Source of the DNA: an uncultured Ruminococcus sp. | GTDB taxonomy: Bacteria > Bacillota > Clostridia > Oscillospirales > Acutalibacteraceae | DNA: 29,241 nucleotides | Assembly (NCBI GenBank): GCA_902783815.1 | Contig: CACZSM010000261.1 | Location: forward strand, 1 to 29,241 | Direction of reading: 5' to 3' | In this document: piece after piece, positions 1 through 8,763 of the stretch | How positions within the stretch are numbered: the stretch's first letter is position 1 | Layout of the letters: every line of letters begins with the position of its first letter | Program-made: the position numbers and the translations under genes | Notes under the pieces: generated by a model | What the model saw: only the letters and a program-made list of their open reading frames with translations | Told to the model about the DNA's origin: nothing | Databases searched by the model: none

Positions 1-20
1 AGTTCAGATACCTCAATCAT
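1..20 (-). CDS. Probable 5' end of a gene running off the left edge (MIEVSEL...), possibly an ABC ATP-binding protein
   Basis: ATG at 20-18 with AAAGGA SD at 36-31. Only 7 residues are visible; they resemble the common MIEVxxL start of ABC ATPases. Confidence 0.35.
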
Positions 21-37
21 TATTAATTCATCCTTTG

Positions 38-898
38 TCAGCTATTAGGACGCCTGTAAAAATTACCCATTATCTCTTCCGATTTCATTACATTTACAAA
101 AGCCGCCGGATCAACAGATTTTATTTTTGATATCACTCTTCTGATCTCATCCGATGAAACTACCGAATATACCATGTTTCTTTCAGCATTCTTATATAGT
201 CCTATTCCCTTAAAAAGTGTGCCGTCATGATTTGTACATTCTCTTATGACCTCATATATTTCTTCGGGCTTATCTGTAATAATAAATAGTGTCTGCTTCT
301 GATAGCGCTTATAAAGCATCTGTATAACACTTGTGGATGTGAATTGAAGTATTATTGAATACATGGCGCCCGTCCAGCCGAACAGCAGAGCAGAACAGGT
401 CAGCACAACAACATTACCTGCAAATATGTAATTCCACGCATCCCTGCCGTATCTCTCAGATATGAATATGGAAATAAAATCCGTCCCTCCGCTTGTCGCA
501 TTATTCAGCAGACACAACGCAATTGCCGTCCCATTTACAATACCTCCGAAAACAGCACACAGAAGTATATCATTCGTCAGATTCATATTCGGTATGACAT
601 CTGCAAATACCGATGTCATAACTATCATTATCATAGAATAAACTGTAAATCTTTTTCCTATGAAAATAAAGCTGATTATCGCCGGAATAAGATTCAGAGG
701 AATATAGATCAGGCTGAACGGTATATCAATTCCAAAAAACTTCAGCATCGAATTCTGAAATAATAATGATACCCCTGTAAAACCACCTGAAAGCAAACCG
801 GCACTGTGCAGAAAATTATTGATCGAAAAGCCGTACATAGCCGCTGCAATAAGAACACAAACTATATGAAATGTCTCTTTTCCGATTTTTTTCAGCAT
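38..898 (-). CDS. YitT family membrane protein (DUF161 + C-terminal DUF2179)
   Basis: Multiple hydrophobic helices, GLLSGGFTG and TSGGTD motifs, soluble C-terminal domain ending IDP-A-F-like (VDPAAFV). SD GAGGTG upstream. Confidence 0.85.
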   Translation of the reverse strand: MLKKIGKETFHIVCVLIAAAMYGFSINNFLHSAGLLSGGFTGVSLLFQNSMLKFFGIDIPFSLIYIPLNLIPAIISFIFIGKRFTVYSMIMIVMTSVFADVIPNMNLTNDILLCAVFGGIVNGTAIALCLLNNATSGGTDFISIFISERYGRDAWNYIFAGNVVVLTCSALLFGWTGAMYSIILQFTSTSVIQMLYKRYQKQTLFIITDKPEEIYEVIRECTNHDGTLFKGIGLYKNAERNMVYSVVSSDEIRRVISKIKSVDPAAFVNVMKSEEIMGNFYRRPNS

Positions 899-933
899 AC
901 GATCACCTCATGACTCAGGCTGGCAGATCATTT

Positions 934-1356
934 TCAGATCTGATCTATATACTCATTATCATCATCGTCATCAAAGAGGTCATCTGAAATAATCTCATTC
1001 CTTCGCATCTTCATGCGTATTCTGTCCTTTTCAACCGCTTCTGAAAGTGCATCCTTGAAATCCTTTGTGTGTTTTATATTTTTTATTACAAGATTCGGAT
1101 TTGTCTTATCATGTGAAAAAACTGTAAGTGTTCCAAGACCGAATATTCTTTGTCCAAGAGTCCTGTCCAATGTCATATCAGTCACTCTGTACAGCAATAT
1201 TTCATTTACGGTCTGATGAAAGAAACCTTTTTCTATTATCAATTTCTTTTCTGTCAGTATATACTTTGTAAATGTCCATGGGATACCAAAAAACGCCCAT
1301 CTTTTTCTTTCTCTCATTATTTCTTCGCCATCTGCTTTTGATACTTTATTAGACAT
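934..1356 (-). CDS. Bacterial PH-domain protein with acidic C-terminal tail
   Basis: YILTEKKLIIEKGFF...EILLYRVTDMTLDRTLGQRIFGLGTLTV is a bPH_2-like pattern. Start moved to ATG 1356 (AGGAGG SD); the ORF-track extension to 1497 runs through a promoter. Confidence 0.75.
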   Translation of the reverse strand: MSNKVSKADGEEIMRERKRWAFFGIPWTFTKYILTEKKLIIEKGFFHQTVNEILLYRVTDMTLDRTLGQRIFGLGTLTVFSHDKTNPNLVIKNIKHTKDFKDALSEAVEKDRIRMKMRRNEIISDDLFDDDDDNEYIDQI

Positions 1357-1380
1357 TTTTTTAACCTCCTTATATACAAA

Positions 1381-1414
1381 TTCAGTTATGGCAGAAAAAC
1401 CTGTCATAACTGAA
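1381..1414. repeat. 14-bp imperfect inverted repeat (10-bp perfect arms TTCAGTTATG/CATAACTGAA)
   Basis: TTCAGTTATGGCAG-AAAAAC-CTGTCATAACTGAA, one mismatch. Confidence 0.8.
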
Positions 1415-1442
1415 TTGTAACCCATAAAAAAACCTGTGTCAA
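1414..1442 (-). promoter_or_regulatory. SigA-type promoter for the PH-domain gene and yitT
   Basis: Minus strand TTGACA (1442-1437), 17 nt, TACAAT (1419-1414). Confidence 0.7.
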
Positions 1443-1486
1443 CAATAAAATAATTACCACATATCGCCGATTGTAACATACAACCA

Positions 1487-2566
1487 TTAATCACCAAAGC
1501 ATATTCCTATATTCTTTGCATCCTTTATCACCGGACTGTCAACTGGTACGCTCTTGAGCTTTCCTGCTACTTCGCTGAGCGGTACAGGAACGACCTCGCC
1601 ATTTACCATACCTGTCATAAAGCCATACTTCTCGTCAATAATAAGCTGAGCGCAGGCAGCACCAAAACGAGTTGTTATGAATCTGTCGTATGCGTCCGGA
1701 CTTCCGCCCCTCTGGAAATGACCCGGTACAGTAACTCTTGTTTCCTGTCCTGTTGCCTCCTCTATCTCATGCGCTATCTGATATGAAATTGAAGGATACA
1801 TCATATTTGCTATTGCTTCCTTCTTCTTTTTCTTCGGAAGGCTTGCTATATCAGCAGAAATAGCTCCCTCTGCTACTGCAAGTATAGAGAATGTCTTTCC
1901 GCTCTTTGTTCTGTCCTTTATGCACTGGATGACCTTTTTTATTTCATAAGGTATCTCCGGGATAAGGATAACATCTGCTCCGCCTGCAATACCTGCATGA
2001 AGCGTAAGCCAGCCTGCCTTATGTCCCATACACTCAACTATGAACACTCTTCCATGTGATGTAGCGGTCGTATGGATACAGTCAATTACATGAGTAGCTA
2101 TATCAACTGCGCTCTGGAAGCCAAATGTAATATCAGTACCCCAGATATCATTATCAATAGTCTTTGGCATTGAAACAACATTCAGACCTTCCTCTGAAAG
2201 CATATTCGCACTCTTATGAGTACCATTTCCTCCGAGGACTACAAGACAATCCAACTTAAGATCGCTGTATGTCTTTTTCATCGCTGCTACCTTATCTACA
2301 TTTGTTTCTTCATCTATTATTCTCATCTGCTTGAACGGCTGACGGGATGTTCCGAGTATTGTACCGCCTCTTGTCAATATACCGGAAAAATCCTCAGGCT
2401 GCATCAGCTTATACTCACCATTGATAAGACCTCTGTAGCCATCTATTATTCCATAGATCTCTACCTTCTTGCCGTAATGGTCATAAAGACCCTTAGCCAT
2501 TCCACGGATCGCAGAATTCAGTCCCTGACAATCTCCGCCGCTTGTAAGTACGCCTACTCTTTTCAT
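1487..2566 (-). CDS. pfkA: 6-phosphofructokinase, PfkA group III (mixed-substrate subfamily), predicted ATP-dependent
   Basis: TSGGDCQGLN, GGTILGTSR, GGNGT, PKTIDND, ECMGHKAGW, GHFQRGG. Start moved to ATG 2566 (GGAG SD). Confidence 0.92.
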   Translation of the reverse strand: MKRVGVLTSGGDCQGLNSAIRGMAKGLYDHYGKKVEIYGIIDGYRGLINGEYKLMQPEDFSGILTRGGTILGTSRQPFKQMRIIDEETNVDKVAAMKKTYSDLKLDCLVVLGGNGTHKSANMLSEEGLNVVSMPKTIDNDIWGTDITFGFQSAVDIATHVIDCIHTTATSHGRVFIVECMGHKAGWLTLHAGIAGGADVILIPEIPYEIKKVIQCIKDRTKSGKTFSILAVAEGAISADIASLPKKKKKEAIANMMYPSISYQIAHEIEEATGQETRVTVPGHFQRGGSPDAYDRFITTRFGAACAQLIIDEKYGFMTGMVNGEVVPVPLSEVAGKLKSVPVDSPVIKDAKNIGICFGD

Positions 2567-2617
2567 TATTGTGTCACTCCTTGAATTATTTTTGTGCAAG
2601 CCCTTTCCGGGCACAGG

Positions 2618-4840
2618 TTACTTATTCTTATTGATCTCAGAAACAGGCATCAAAGGCTTAAATCTGTTTTCTTCCTTTTCTACTGTCATTTTTGCTGCCA
2701 ATGATTTCTTTGCCATCTCTGAAAACTCCTGCTGACAGTTTCTCGGCTTTTTGCCTCTTCTGTCAAGAAGCTCATATGTAGTATCGGGATTCTGTATCCT
2801 CGTATTAAGTACATCCTTAAGCATTGTTTCTATTATTCTGAATGATCTGTCAACAAGCTCAGGGTCCTCTATTGGAAATACAAGCTCCACTCTCTTGTCA
2901 AGATTTCTCTGCATCCAGTCAGCGGAACCCATATATATCTTTTTATTTCCACCATTCTCAAATATAAATATCCTGCTGTGTTCAAGAAGCTGTCCTACAA
3001 TGCTTCTTACCGTTATATTTTCGCTTATCCCTTTTATACCCGGAACAAGACAGCAGATACCTCTTACAATAAGCGTTATTTTTACTCCTGCCTGTGAAGC
3101 TTCATACAGCAGTCTTATTATCTCCGGATCTACAAGTGAATTGATCTTTGCTACGATACCTGACGGCAGACCTGCAACAGCATTTTCAGTCTCATGCCTT
3201 ATCATATCCTCAAAGAATGACCGCAGACCTGTTGGCGCGACCTTCATCTTATTATAAACCGGAGGTGTACTGTATCCTGTAATGACATTAAACAATGATG
3301 ATGCATCCTCACCGAATTTTTCATCACAGGTAAACATTCCTATATCAGTATAGAACCTTGCCGTACTATCATTATAATTTCCTGTACCCATATGCAGATA
3401 TCTTCTCAGTCCATCCTCTTCCTGACGGACAACAAGAAGTATCTTACAATGTGTTTTAAGACCCTGCAAGCCGTATATTACATGACATCCTGCTTTTTCG
3501 AGCTTTTTCGCCCAGCCGATATTATTTTCCTCATCAAATCTCGCCTTAAGCTCTACAAGAACAGTGACCTGCTTTCCGTTCTCAGCTGCCTTTATGAGCG
3601 CAGCAATAACTGGTGAATGTCCGCTTACTCTGTAGAGTGTCTGTTTTATCGCAAGAACATCAGGATCCTTTGCAGCCTGATTTATAAACTTTATTATGGA
3701 ATCAAAGCTCTCATACGGATGATGAACCATTCTGTCCTTTTCCCGTATCGCCTGGAAAACATCATCATATCCGAAAAAGTCAGCCGGAGGAGTTACTGGC
3801 ACTATCGGTTTGAAACGAAGCTCATCAAGTCCGTCAAGCCTACAGAACCTTGAAAGAAATGTAAGGTCAAGCGGTCCTGTGACCTCATATATCTCCCGGC
3901 TGCTGACTTCAAGCATATCAACAAGGAAATTTTTAAGCGCTTCATCACATTTTGATACGATCTCCAGACGAACAGGATCTCCTCTTTGTCTTTTTTTGAG
4001 TGAGTGTTCGATCTCGACAAGAAGATCGTCTGCTTCCTCATCAATATCAAGGTCGCTGTCCCGTGTGATCCTGAACGGACAGCAGGCTTTTATTTTATAA
4101 AGTTCAAACAGCTCAGACAGCTTATCTACTATTATATCCTCAAGCAGCACAAACCCTCTTCCGCTTTCACAGGAGATCTCAACATATCTCGGAAGTATTG
4201 ACGGCACCTGAACTACAGCAAAAATATCTTCCCCCTCTTTTGAAAGCCTGACGGCTATATTCAGACTTTTATTTGCAAGCAGCGGGAAAGGTCTTGATGT
4301 ATCCACTGCAAGCGGTGTAAGAACAGGAAAGACAAACTTATCAAAATACTGATCTATTTGCTGTTTCTGTGTTTTATTAAGCTCCTCTATTGAAAGGAAC
4401 CTGAGCTTACACTTTTTCAGAGCCGGCAGCAGTGAACGGTTATAGCAGGAATACTGTTTTTTTGCAAACTCATGTATTTTCTCAGTAAGCTTTTCAAATT
4501 GCTGTTCAGGAGTCATTCCTGACTCATCAGGCCGTCCTACATTTCTGGAGTGCATCCTGTCCATTACGCCTGCTACACGAACCATAAAGAATTCGTCAAG
4601 GTTAGAAGCTGTTATCGCAAGAAAATTCAGTCTTTCGAGTATGGGATTTTCCTTTTCAAATGCTTCTTCAAGAACACGGCTGTTAAAATCCATCCAGCTA
4701 AGCTCTCTGTTATGATACGGAAATGAAGGCTCCGAAAACAACTTCATAGGCTTCAGCTGTGCCTTTGAAGACTTTGGGAGTTTCTCCTTTATTTTTCCTT
4801 CCTTTTTTTCCTTTGACTCATCTTTTTTCTTATCGCTCAT
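2618..4840 (-). CDS. ppk1: Polyphosphate kinase 1
   Basis: NRELSWMDFNSRVL, NLDEFFMVRVAG, HHPYESF, ELKARFDEENN, HMGTGNYN, LEHSRIF, SADWMQRNLDKRVE. Start is ATG 4840 or GTG 4843. Confidence 0.96.
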   Translation of the reverse strand: MSDKKKDESKEKKEGKIKEKLPKSSKAQLKPMKLFSEPSFPYHNRELSWMDFNSRVLEEAFEKENPILERLNFLAITASNLDEFFMVRVAGVMDRMHSRNVGRPDESGMTPEQQFEKLTEKIHEFAKKQYSCYNRSLLPALKKCKLRFLSIEELNKTQKQQIDQYFDKFVFPVLTPLAVDTSRPFPLLANKSLNIAVRLSKEGEDIFAVVQVPSILPRYVEISCESGRGFVLLEDIIVDKLSELFELYKIKACCPFRITRDSDLDIDEEADDLLVEIEHSLKKRQRGDPVRLEIVSKCDEALKNFLVDMLEVSSREIYEVTGPLDLTFLSRFCRLDGLDELRFKPIVPVTPPADFFGYDDVFQAIREKDRMVHHPYESFDSIIKFINQAAKDPDVLAIKQTLYRVSGHSPVIAALIKAAENGKQVTVLVELKARFDEENNIGWAKKLEKAGCHVIYGLQGLKTHCKILLVVRQEEDGLRRYLHMGTGNYNDSTARFYTDIGMFTCDEKFGEDASSLFNVITGYSTPPVYNKMKVAPTGLRSFFEDMIRHETENAVAGLPSGIVAKINSLVDPEIIRLLYEASQAGVKITLIVRGICCLVPGIKGISENITVRSIVGQLLEHSRIFIFENGGNKKIYMGSADWMQRNLDKRVELVFPIEDPELVDRSFRIIETMLKDVLNTRIQNPDTTYELLDRRGKKPRNCQQEFSEMAKKSLAAKMTVEKEENRFKPLMPVSEINKNK

Positions 4841-4875
4841 CACGATTCACCTTCCGAATGTCAGATATTTACATA

Positions 4876-4904
4876 ATTATAACAAATTTTTTTTTATCTT
4901 TCAA
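4876..4904 (-). promoter_or_regulatory. Strong SigA-type promoter for ppk1-pfkA
   Basis: TTGAAA (4904-4899), 17 nt, TG-n-TATAAT (4881-4876). Confidence 0.7.
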
Positions 4905-4937
4905 TAGAATTTATTTATTTTTTAGTAAATAATTACC

Positions 4938-4965
4938 AAAAAGGGCAAGCTTTCGCCTGCCCTTT
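4938..4965 (-). terminator. Intrinsic terminator after the ireB-hypothetical pair
   Basis: Minus strand AAAGGGCAGGC-GAAA-GCTTGCCCTTTTT: GC stem with one G-U pair, GAAA loop, U-tract. Confidence 0.85.
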
Positions 4966-4975
4966 CAAACACTTA

Positions 4976-5305
4976 TCAATTTGCTCTCAATGCCTGCTGC
5001 AGCCACACATATCCAAGATCCAGCGCTGCAAACAAATTCTGCTTATAATCTGTCTTTACAACTGCCTTTTGCGGACTAACATTGATATCCGTATTGATCA
5101 GCTGTACAAACACCTTATCCGCTACCTTCAATTCACCCATATTTCCCTCTGTTGACTCCGTTTTTACCGGTACTACAGATTTCTTTGACCTTACCTGCAT
5201 CCTTATCACAAAAGGATCCCTCATATCACCGTAAAAAAGCAGATCACCGCTGCGGACAAGGGGTTTCCCCTTATACATCTGAAAACGGGATTTCTTTTCT
5301 GCCAT
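4976..5305 (-). CDS. Conserved-looking hypothetical protein, 109 aa
   Basis: ATG 5305 with GGAGGT SD. YKGKPLVR...YGDM...ALDL..VWL..AL resembles a clostridial hypothetical family I recall; function unknown. Confidence 0.75.
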   Translation of the reverse strand: MAEKKSRFQMYKGKPLVRSGDLLFYGDMRDPFVIRMQVRSKKSVVPVKTESTEGNMGELKVADKVFVQLINTDINVSPQKAVVKTDYKQNLFAALDLGYVWLQQALRAN

Positions 5306-5339
5306 ATTCTTACCTCCCATCACTTTTTCGCTATGCGCA

Positions 5340-5597
5340 TCAAATGCCAAGATAACTTTTCAGAAGTATCTCCAGAAGATCGTCCCTGTCGATCTTGCTG
5401 ATAAGGCTTCGCGCATTATTGTGAGTAGTGATATAGGTAGGATCCTCAGACAAAATATAGCCCACCATCTGATTTATCGGGTTATATCCCTTCTGTTCAA
5501 GTGCCTTATACACAGTCGTCAAAGTTGTTTTTACAGTATCGTCACGGTTATTCGGAATTGAGAAAACTATTGTCTTATCTATTGCGTCCTTACGCAT
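5340..5597 (-). CDS. ireB: IreB/ReoM family regulatory phosphoprotein (UPF0297/DUF965)
   Basis: [50 protein letters not shown]-terminal DKT matches the phosphorylated Thr region. SD GGAGGTGA. Confidence 0.92.
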   Translation of the reverse strand: MRKDAIDKTIVFSIPNNRDDTVKTTLTTVYKALEQKGYNPINQMVGYILSEDPTYITTHNNARSLISKIDRDDLLEILLKSYLGI

Positions 5598-5623
5598 CTA
5601 CATCACCTCCACAAATTAGTATT

Positions 5624-5652
5624 ATTTTAACACATATCGTCTCCAATTACAA
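5624..5652 (-). promoter_or_regulatory. SigA-type promoter for ireB
   Basis: TTGTAA (5652-5647), 17 nt, TG-n-TAAAAT (5629-5624). Confidence 0.6.
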
Positions 5653-5765
5653 CAGTTTTTTATTAATTTTTATGACTGCCATCATTTTTTAAGCCTTTTG
5701 TACAATAAACAGCACACCAAATATACACTATTTCCATCTCTCTGACTTTTTCACCCTATAAATGA

Positions 5766-5812
5766 CATCAGATCCGTGAAATATTGGTTTTTGCTTCTTC
5801 ACGGATCTGATG
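5766..5812. repeat. Perfect 15-bp inverted repeat just 3' of engB (possible terminator or stabilising stem-loop)
   Basis: CATCAGATCCGTGAA-N17-TTCACGGATCTGATG. No clear U-tract on either strand. Confidence 0.8.
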
Positions 5813-5814
5813 AT

Positions 5815-6396
5815 TCATTCTATACTTTCTTCTATTGCTTTTCTTATTTCATCAATTCCCTCACCATTTTGTGATGAGCATGGAAATAGTCTTATTCCTT
5901 CAAACTCTGAAAGCTCCTCTGAAAGTGCTTCTATTCTTGGCTGTCTCTGGGAGCTTTTCAGCTTATCCAGCTTTGTCAGAGCCACTATATACGGAAATCC
6001 ATTACTGCTGAGAAAATCTATCATATTCATATCATCAGCCGTCGGGCTGTGACGAATATCACATATCTGCACAACAAGTGCTATATTCCTTTTTTGTGAA
6101 AAATAACCCTCCACAAGCTCAGCCCAGCGATCTCTTTCACTTTTGGATATCTTTGCATATCCATATCCCGGAAGATCTGCAAATCTTACATCAGTCAGAC
6201 GAAAAAAATTTATTGTTGCCGTCTTTCCGGGGGTCGCGCTTACCCTTGCTATGGACTTTCTGTTCAACAGCTTATTTATGAGCGATGATTTTCCGACATT
6301 TGATTTGCCGGAAAATACTATCTCCGGAATATCAGACTCTGGTATCTGCTTCGACTTCCCATATGCTGCTTCAAATTCTACAATATTAAAATTCAT
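5815..6396 (-). CDS. engB: Ribosome biogenesis GTP-binding protein YihA/YsxC
   Basis: G1 GKSNVGKS, SATPGKT, G3 DLPGYGY, G4 TKLDK. Start ATG 6396 overlaps the lon 3' end (alternative 6408). Confidence 0.95.
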   Translation of the reverse strand: MNFNIVEFEAAYGKSKQIPESDIPEIVFSGKSNVGKSSLINKLLNRKSIARVSATPGKTATINFFRLTDVRFADLPGYGYAKISKSERDRWAELVEGYFSQKRNIALVVQICDIRHSPTADDMNMIDFLSSNGFPYIVALTKLDKLKSSQRQPRIEALSEELSEFEGIRLFPCSSQNGEGIDEIRKAIEESIE

Positions 6397-8737
6397 ATGC
6401 TTCACCATTTTCAGTTGTCAGAGCATTTTTCAGCACTGTGCTGATATGATCTGCAAAAACAAATTTTATCGAACCCTTTACTACATCATCAATCTCATCA
6501 AGATCAGGACGGTTTTCCTCCGGAAGTATTATAGTCTTTATTCCCATACGGTATGCAGCCATAGTTTTCTCTTTAAGACCTCCTATCGGAAGTACCTTTC
6601 CGCGTATGGTTATTTCTCCTGTCATTGCGATATCGTGTCTGACTGCCTTTCCCGTAAGCGAAGACGCAATGGCTGTCGCCATTGTTATTCCAGCGGACGG
6701 CCCATCCTTCGGAACAGCACCCTCAGGAACATGAATGTGTATATCCTTCGTTTTATAAAAATCAGGATCAATCGAAAGCCTGTCTGCCATTGTTCTTATA
6801 CAGGTTATCGCTGCCTGGGCTGATTCCTTCATTACATCCCCTAAAGATCCGGTAAGCTCTACCTTTCCTGTTCCCGACATTACTGCGACCTCGACCGGCA
6901 GTGTTTCGCCTCCGACAGAAGTCCATGCAAGTCCTGTGACAAGTCCCACCTCATCAGATTTTTCAAGATCCTCCGTTTTGAACTTTCTTGATCCAAGATA
7001 CTGCTCGATATTATCAATATCTACCTTCATTACCTTGATCTCCCCTGACAGCAGCTTTACAGCAGCCTTATTCATCAGTTTTGAAAGCATCCTTTCAAGA
7101 TTCCTGACACCTGATTCTCTTGTATAGCTGTCAATTATATCATACAAGGCTTCGTCACTTATCTTGAAATTCTTTGCCATAAGTCCATGTCTTTTTAACT
7201 GCTTGGAGATAAGATGCTCCTTTGCTATATGGAATTTTTCCTCTCTTGTATAGCTGTCGATCGTTATTATATCCATTCTGTCAAGCAATGGAGCAGGTAT
7301 AGTTGACTGATCGTTCGCTGTAGTGATAAACATTACTTTGCTAAGATCAAACGGAAGGTCTATATAGTGATCGAAGAAGGTGGAATTCTGCTCACCGTCA
7401 AGAACCTCCAGCAATGCGGATGTCGGATCCCCTCTGTAATCCATCCCCAGCTTATCGACTTCATCAAGAAGTATCAGCGGATTTGCTGACCCTGCCTGAT
7501 TGACCGCATACATTATTCTTCCCATCATTGCGCCGATATATGTCCTTCTGTGTCCTCTTATCTCTGCCTCATCATGGACGCCTCCAAGCGCTATCCTCTG
7601 GTACTTCCTTCCGACAGCATCAGCTATCGAATGTGCAATAGAGGTCTTTCCAACTCCCGGAGGTCCTACAAGACATATTATCTGTCCGTTGATCTCCGGA
7701 TTCAGCTTTCTTACGGCAAGGGACTCAATTATGCTTTCCTTTACCTTCTTTAAGCCATAGTGGTTCTTATCCAGCTTCACAGCTATCTTTTTTATATCGT
7801 TCTTTTCCTTTGTATATTTTCCCCAGGGAAGCTCTATGCAGGTATCAAGATATGTCCTGATGATATTTGCATCAGCGGAATTTCCCATCATTTTGCTCAG
7901 CTTCTGGACTTCCTTATACAGCTTTTTCTTATTTTCCTCTGTTGTCTTTAGTTTCTCTATTGCCGAATTATATTCAGCTACCTCTCCGGAAAGGTCATCA
8001 AAGCCCTCACCTATCTCATCCTGTATAGCCTTCAGCTTTTCTCTGAGATAGAACTCCTTTTGGCTCTGATCCATATTCTCCTTTGTCTTAACATTGATCT
8101 CTTCCTCGATCTGTATAATGCTTATCTCATGACTGAGAAGTCGGGAAACCAGCTCCAGTCTTTTTTCTTCGTCAAATTCCTCCAGAACCATCTGCTTCTT
8201 ATGATGATCCCTTATAAGGTTATCTGCAACATAATCTGCAAGCCTTCCTGCATCAGACATCTCATTCGCAGATGCCACTATATCCTGTGGCAGTCTCTGA
8301 TTTATTATCCCATATTCTATTACAGATTCCTTCACAACATTCATCAGAGCTTCAACATCAGGCGTAAATTCCGCCGGTATGGATTTTGTAAGCTCAACCT
8401 CTGCCTCATAATAATCCTTGCTGAGAGAAAATGTCTTTGCGCAGGCACGACACTCTCCCTCAATTGCTACTCTGTAAACTCTGTCTGTCAGCTTTACTAT
8501 CTGTAGTATTCTGGAGTAAACTCCAACACTGCAAAAATCCTGTGAATCATGTTCCGTAAATGAGTTATTATTCTGTGCCGTTATAAATATATGACTTCCG
8601 TTATTCATCGCATCTGTAAGCGCAGATACAGATTTTGCCCTTGCAACATCAAAATGCAGCACAGACCCCGGAAAGATCACAAGTCCGCTTATCGGCAGCA
8701 CAGGAACTCTGTCTGTGTTAATATTCATATTTTCCAT
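6386..8737 (-). CDS. lon: Endopeptidase La (Lon protease)
   Basis: Lon N-domain, Walker A GPPGVGKT, Walker B LLDEVDK, catalytic PKDGPSAG and GGLKEK. Confidence 0.97.
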   Translation of the reverse strand: MENMNINTDRVPVLPISGLVIFPGSVLHFDVARAKSVSALTDAMNNGSHIFITAQNNNSFTEHDSQDFCSVGVYSRILQIVKLTDRVYRVAIEGECRACAKTFSLSKDYYEAEVELTKSIPAEFTPDVEALMNVVKESVIEYGIINQRLPQDIVASANEMSDAGRLADYVADNLIRDHHKKQMVLEEFDEEKRLELVSRLLSHEISIIQIEEEINVKTKENMDQSQKEFYLREKLKAIQDEIGEGFDDLSGEVAEYNSAIEKLKTTEENKKKLYKEVQKLSKMMGNSADANIIRTYLDTCIELPWGKYTKEKNDIKKIAVKLDKNHYGLKKVKESIIESLAVRKLNPEINGQIICLVGPPGVGKTSIAHSIADAVGRKYQRIALGGVHDEAEIRGHRRTYIGAMMGRIMYAVNQAGSANPLILLDEVDKLGMDYRGDPTSALLEVLDGEQNSTFFDHYIDLPFDLSKVMFITTANDQSTIPAPLLDRMDIITIDSYTREEKFHIAKEHLISKQLKRHGLMAKNFKISDEALYDIIDSYTRESGVRNLERMLSKLMNKAAVKLLSGEIKVMKVDIDNIEQYLGSRKFKTEDLEKSDEVGLVTGLAWTSVGGETLPVEVAVMSGTGKVELTGSLGDVMKESAQAAITCIRTMADRLSIDPDFYKTKDIHIHVPEGAVPKDGPSAGITMATAIASSLTGKAVRHDIAMTGEITIRGKVLPIGGLKEKTMAAYRMGIKTIILPEENRPDLDEIDDVVKGSIKFVFADHISTVLKNALTTENGEAYEF
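7116..7258. repeat. 17-bp direct repeat inside lon (7116-7132 and 7242-7258)
   Basis: TCTCTTGTATAGCTGTC occurs twice, 126 bp apart; both copies lie within a repeated IDSYTRE peptide. Confidence 0.85.
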
Positions 8738-8763
8738 TGATTTTCCTCCGTTTTTACAGGCTC

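Noticed and set aside
1357-1497. N-terminal extensions in the ORF track (PH gene, pfkA, hypothetical, nrdD, hisH, permease)
   Set aside because: They lack an SD and run through promoters or neighbouring genes; downstream ATGs have well-spaced SDs.
6143-6823. 226-aa plus-strand ORF, and the many other 60-170 aa ORFs opposite or inside real genes (e.g. 2751-3257, 8060-8506, 11450-11905, 27711-28124)
   Set aside because: They fully overlap well-supported genes, show no recognisable motifs, and behave as antisense shadows of coding sequence.
2618-8737. Proximity of ppk1 and lon, recalling polyP-stimulated Lon proteolysis in E. coli
   Set aside because: They are separated by a strong hairpin, a terminator and two promoters, so the sequence gives no sign of co-regulation.
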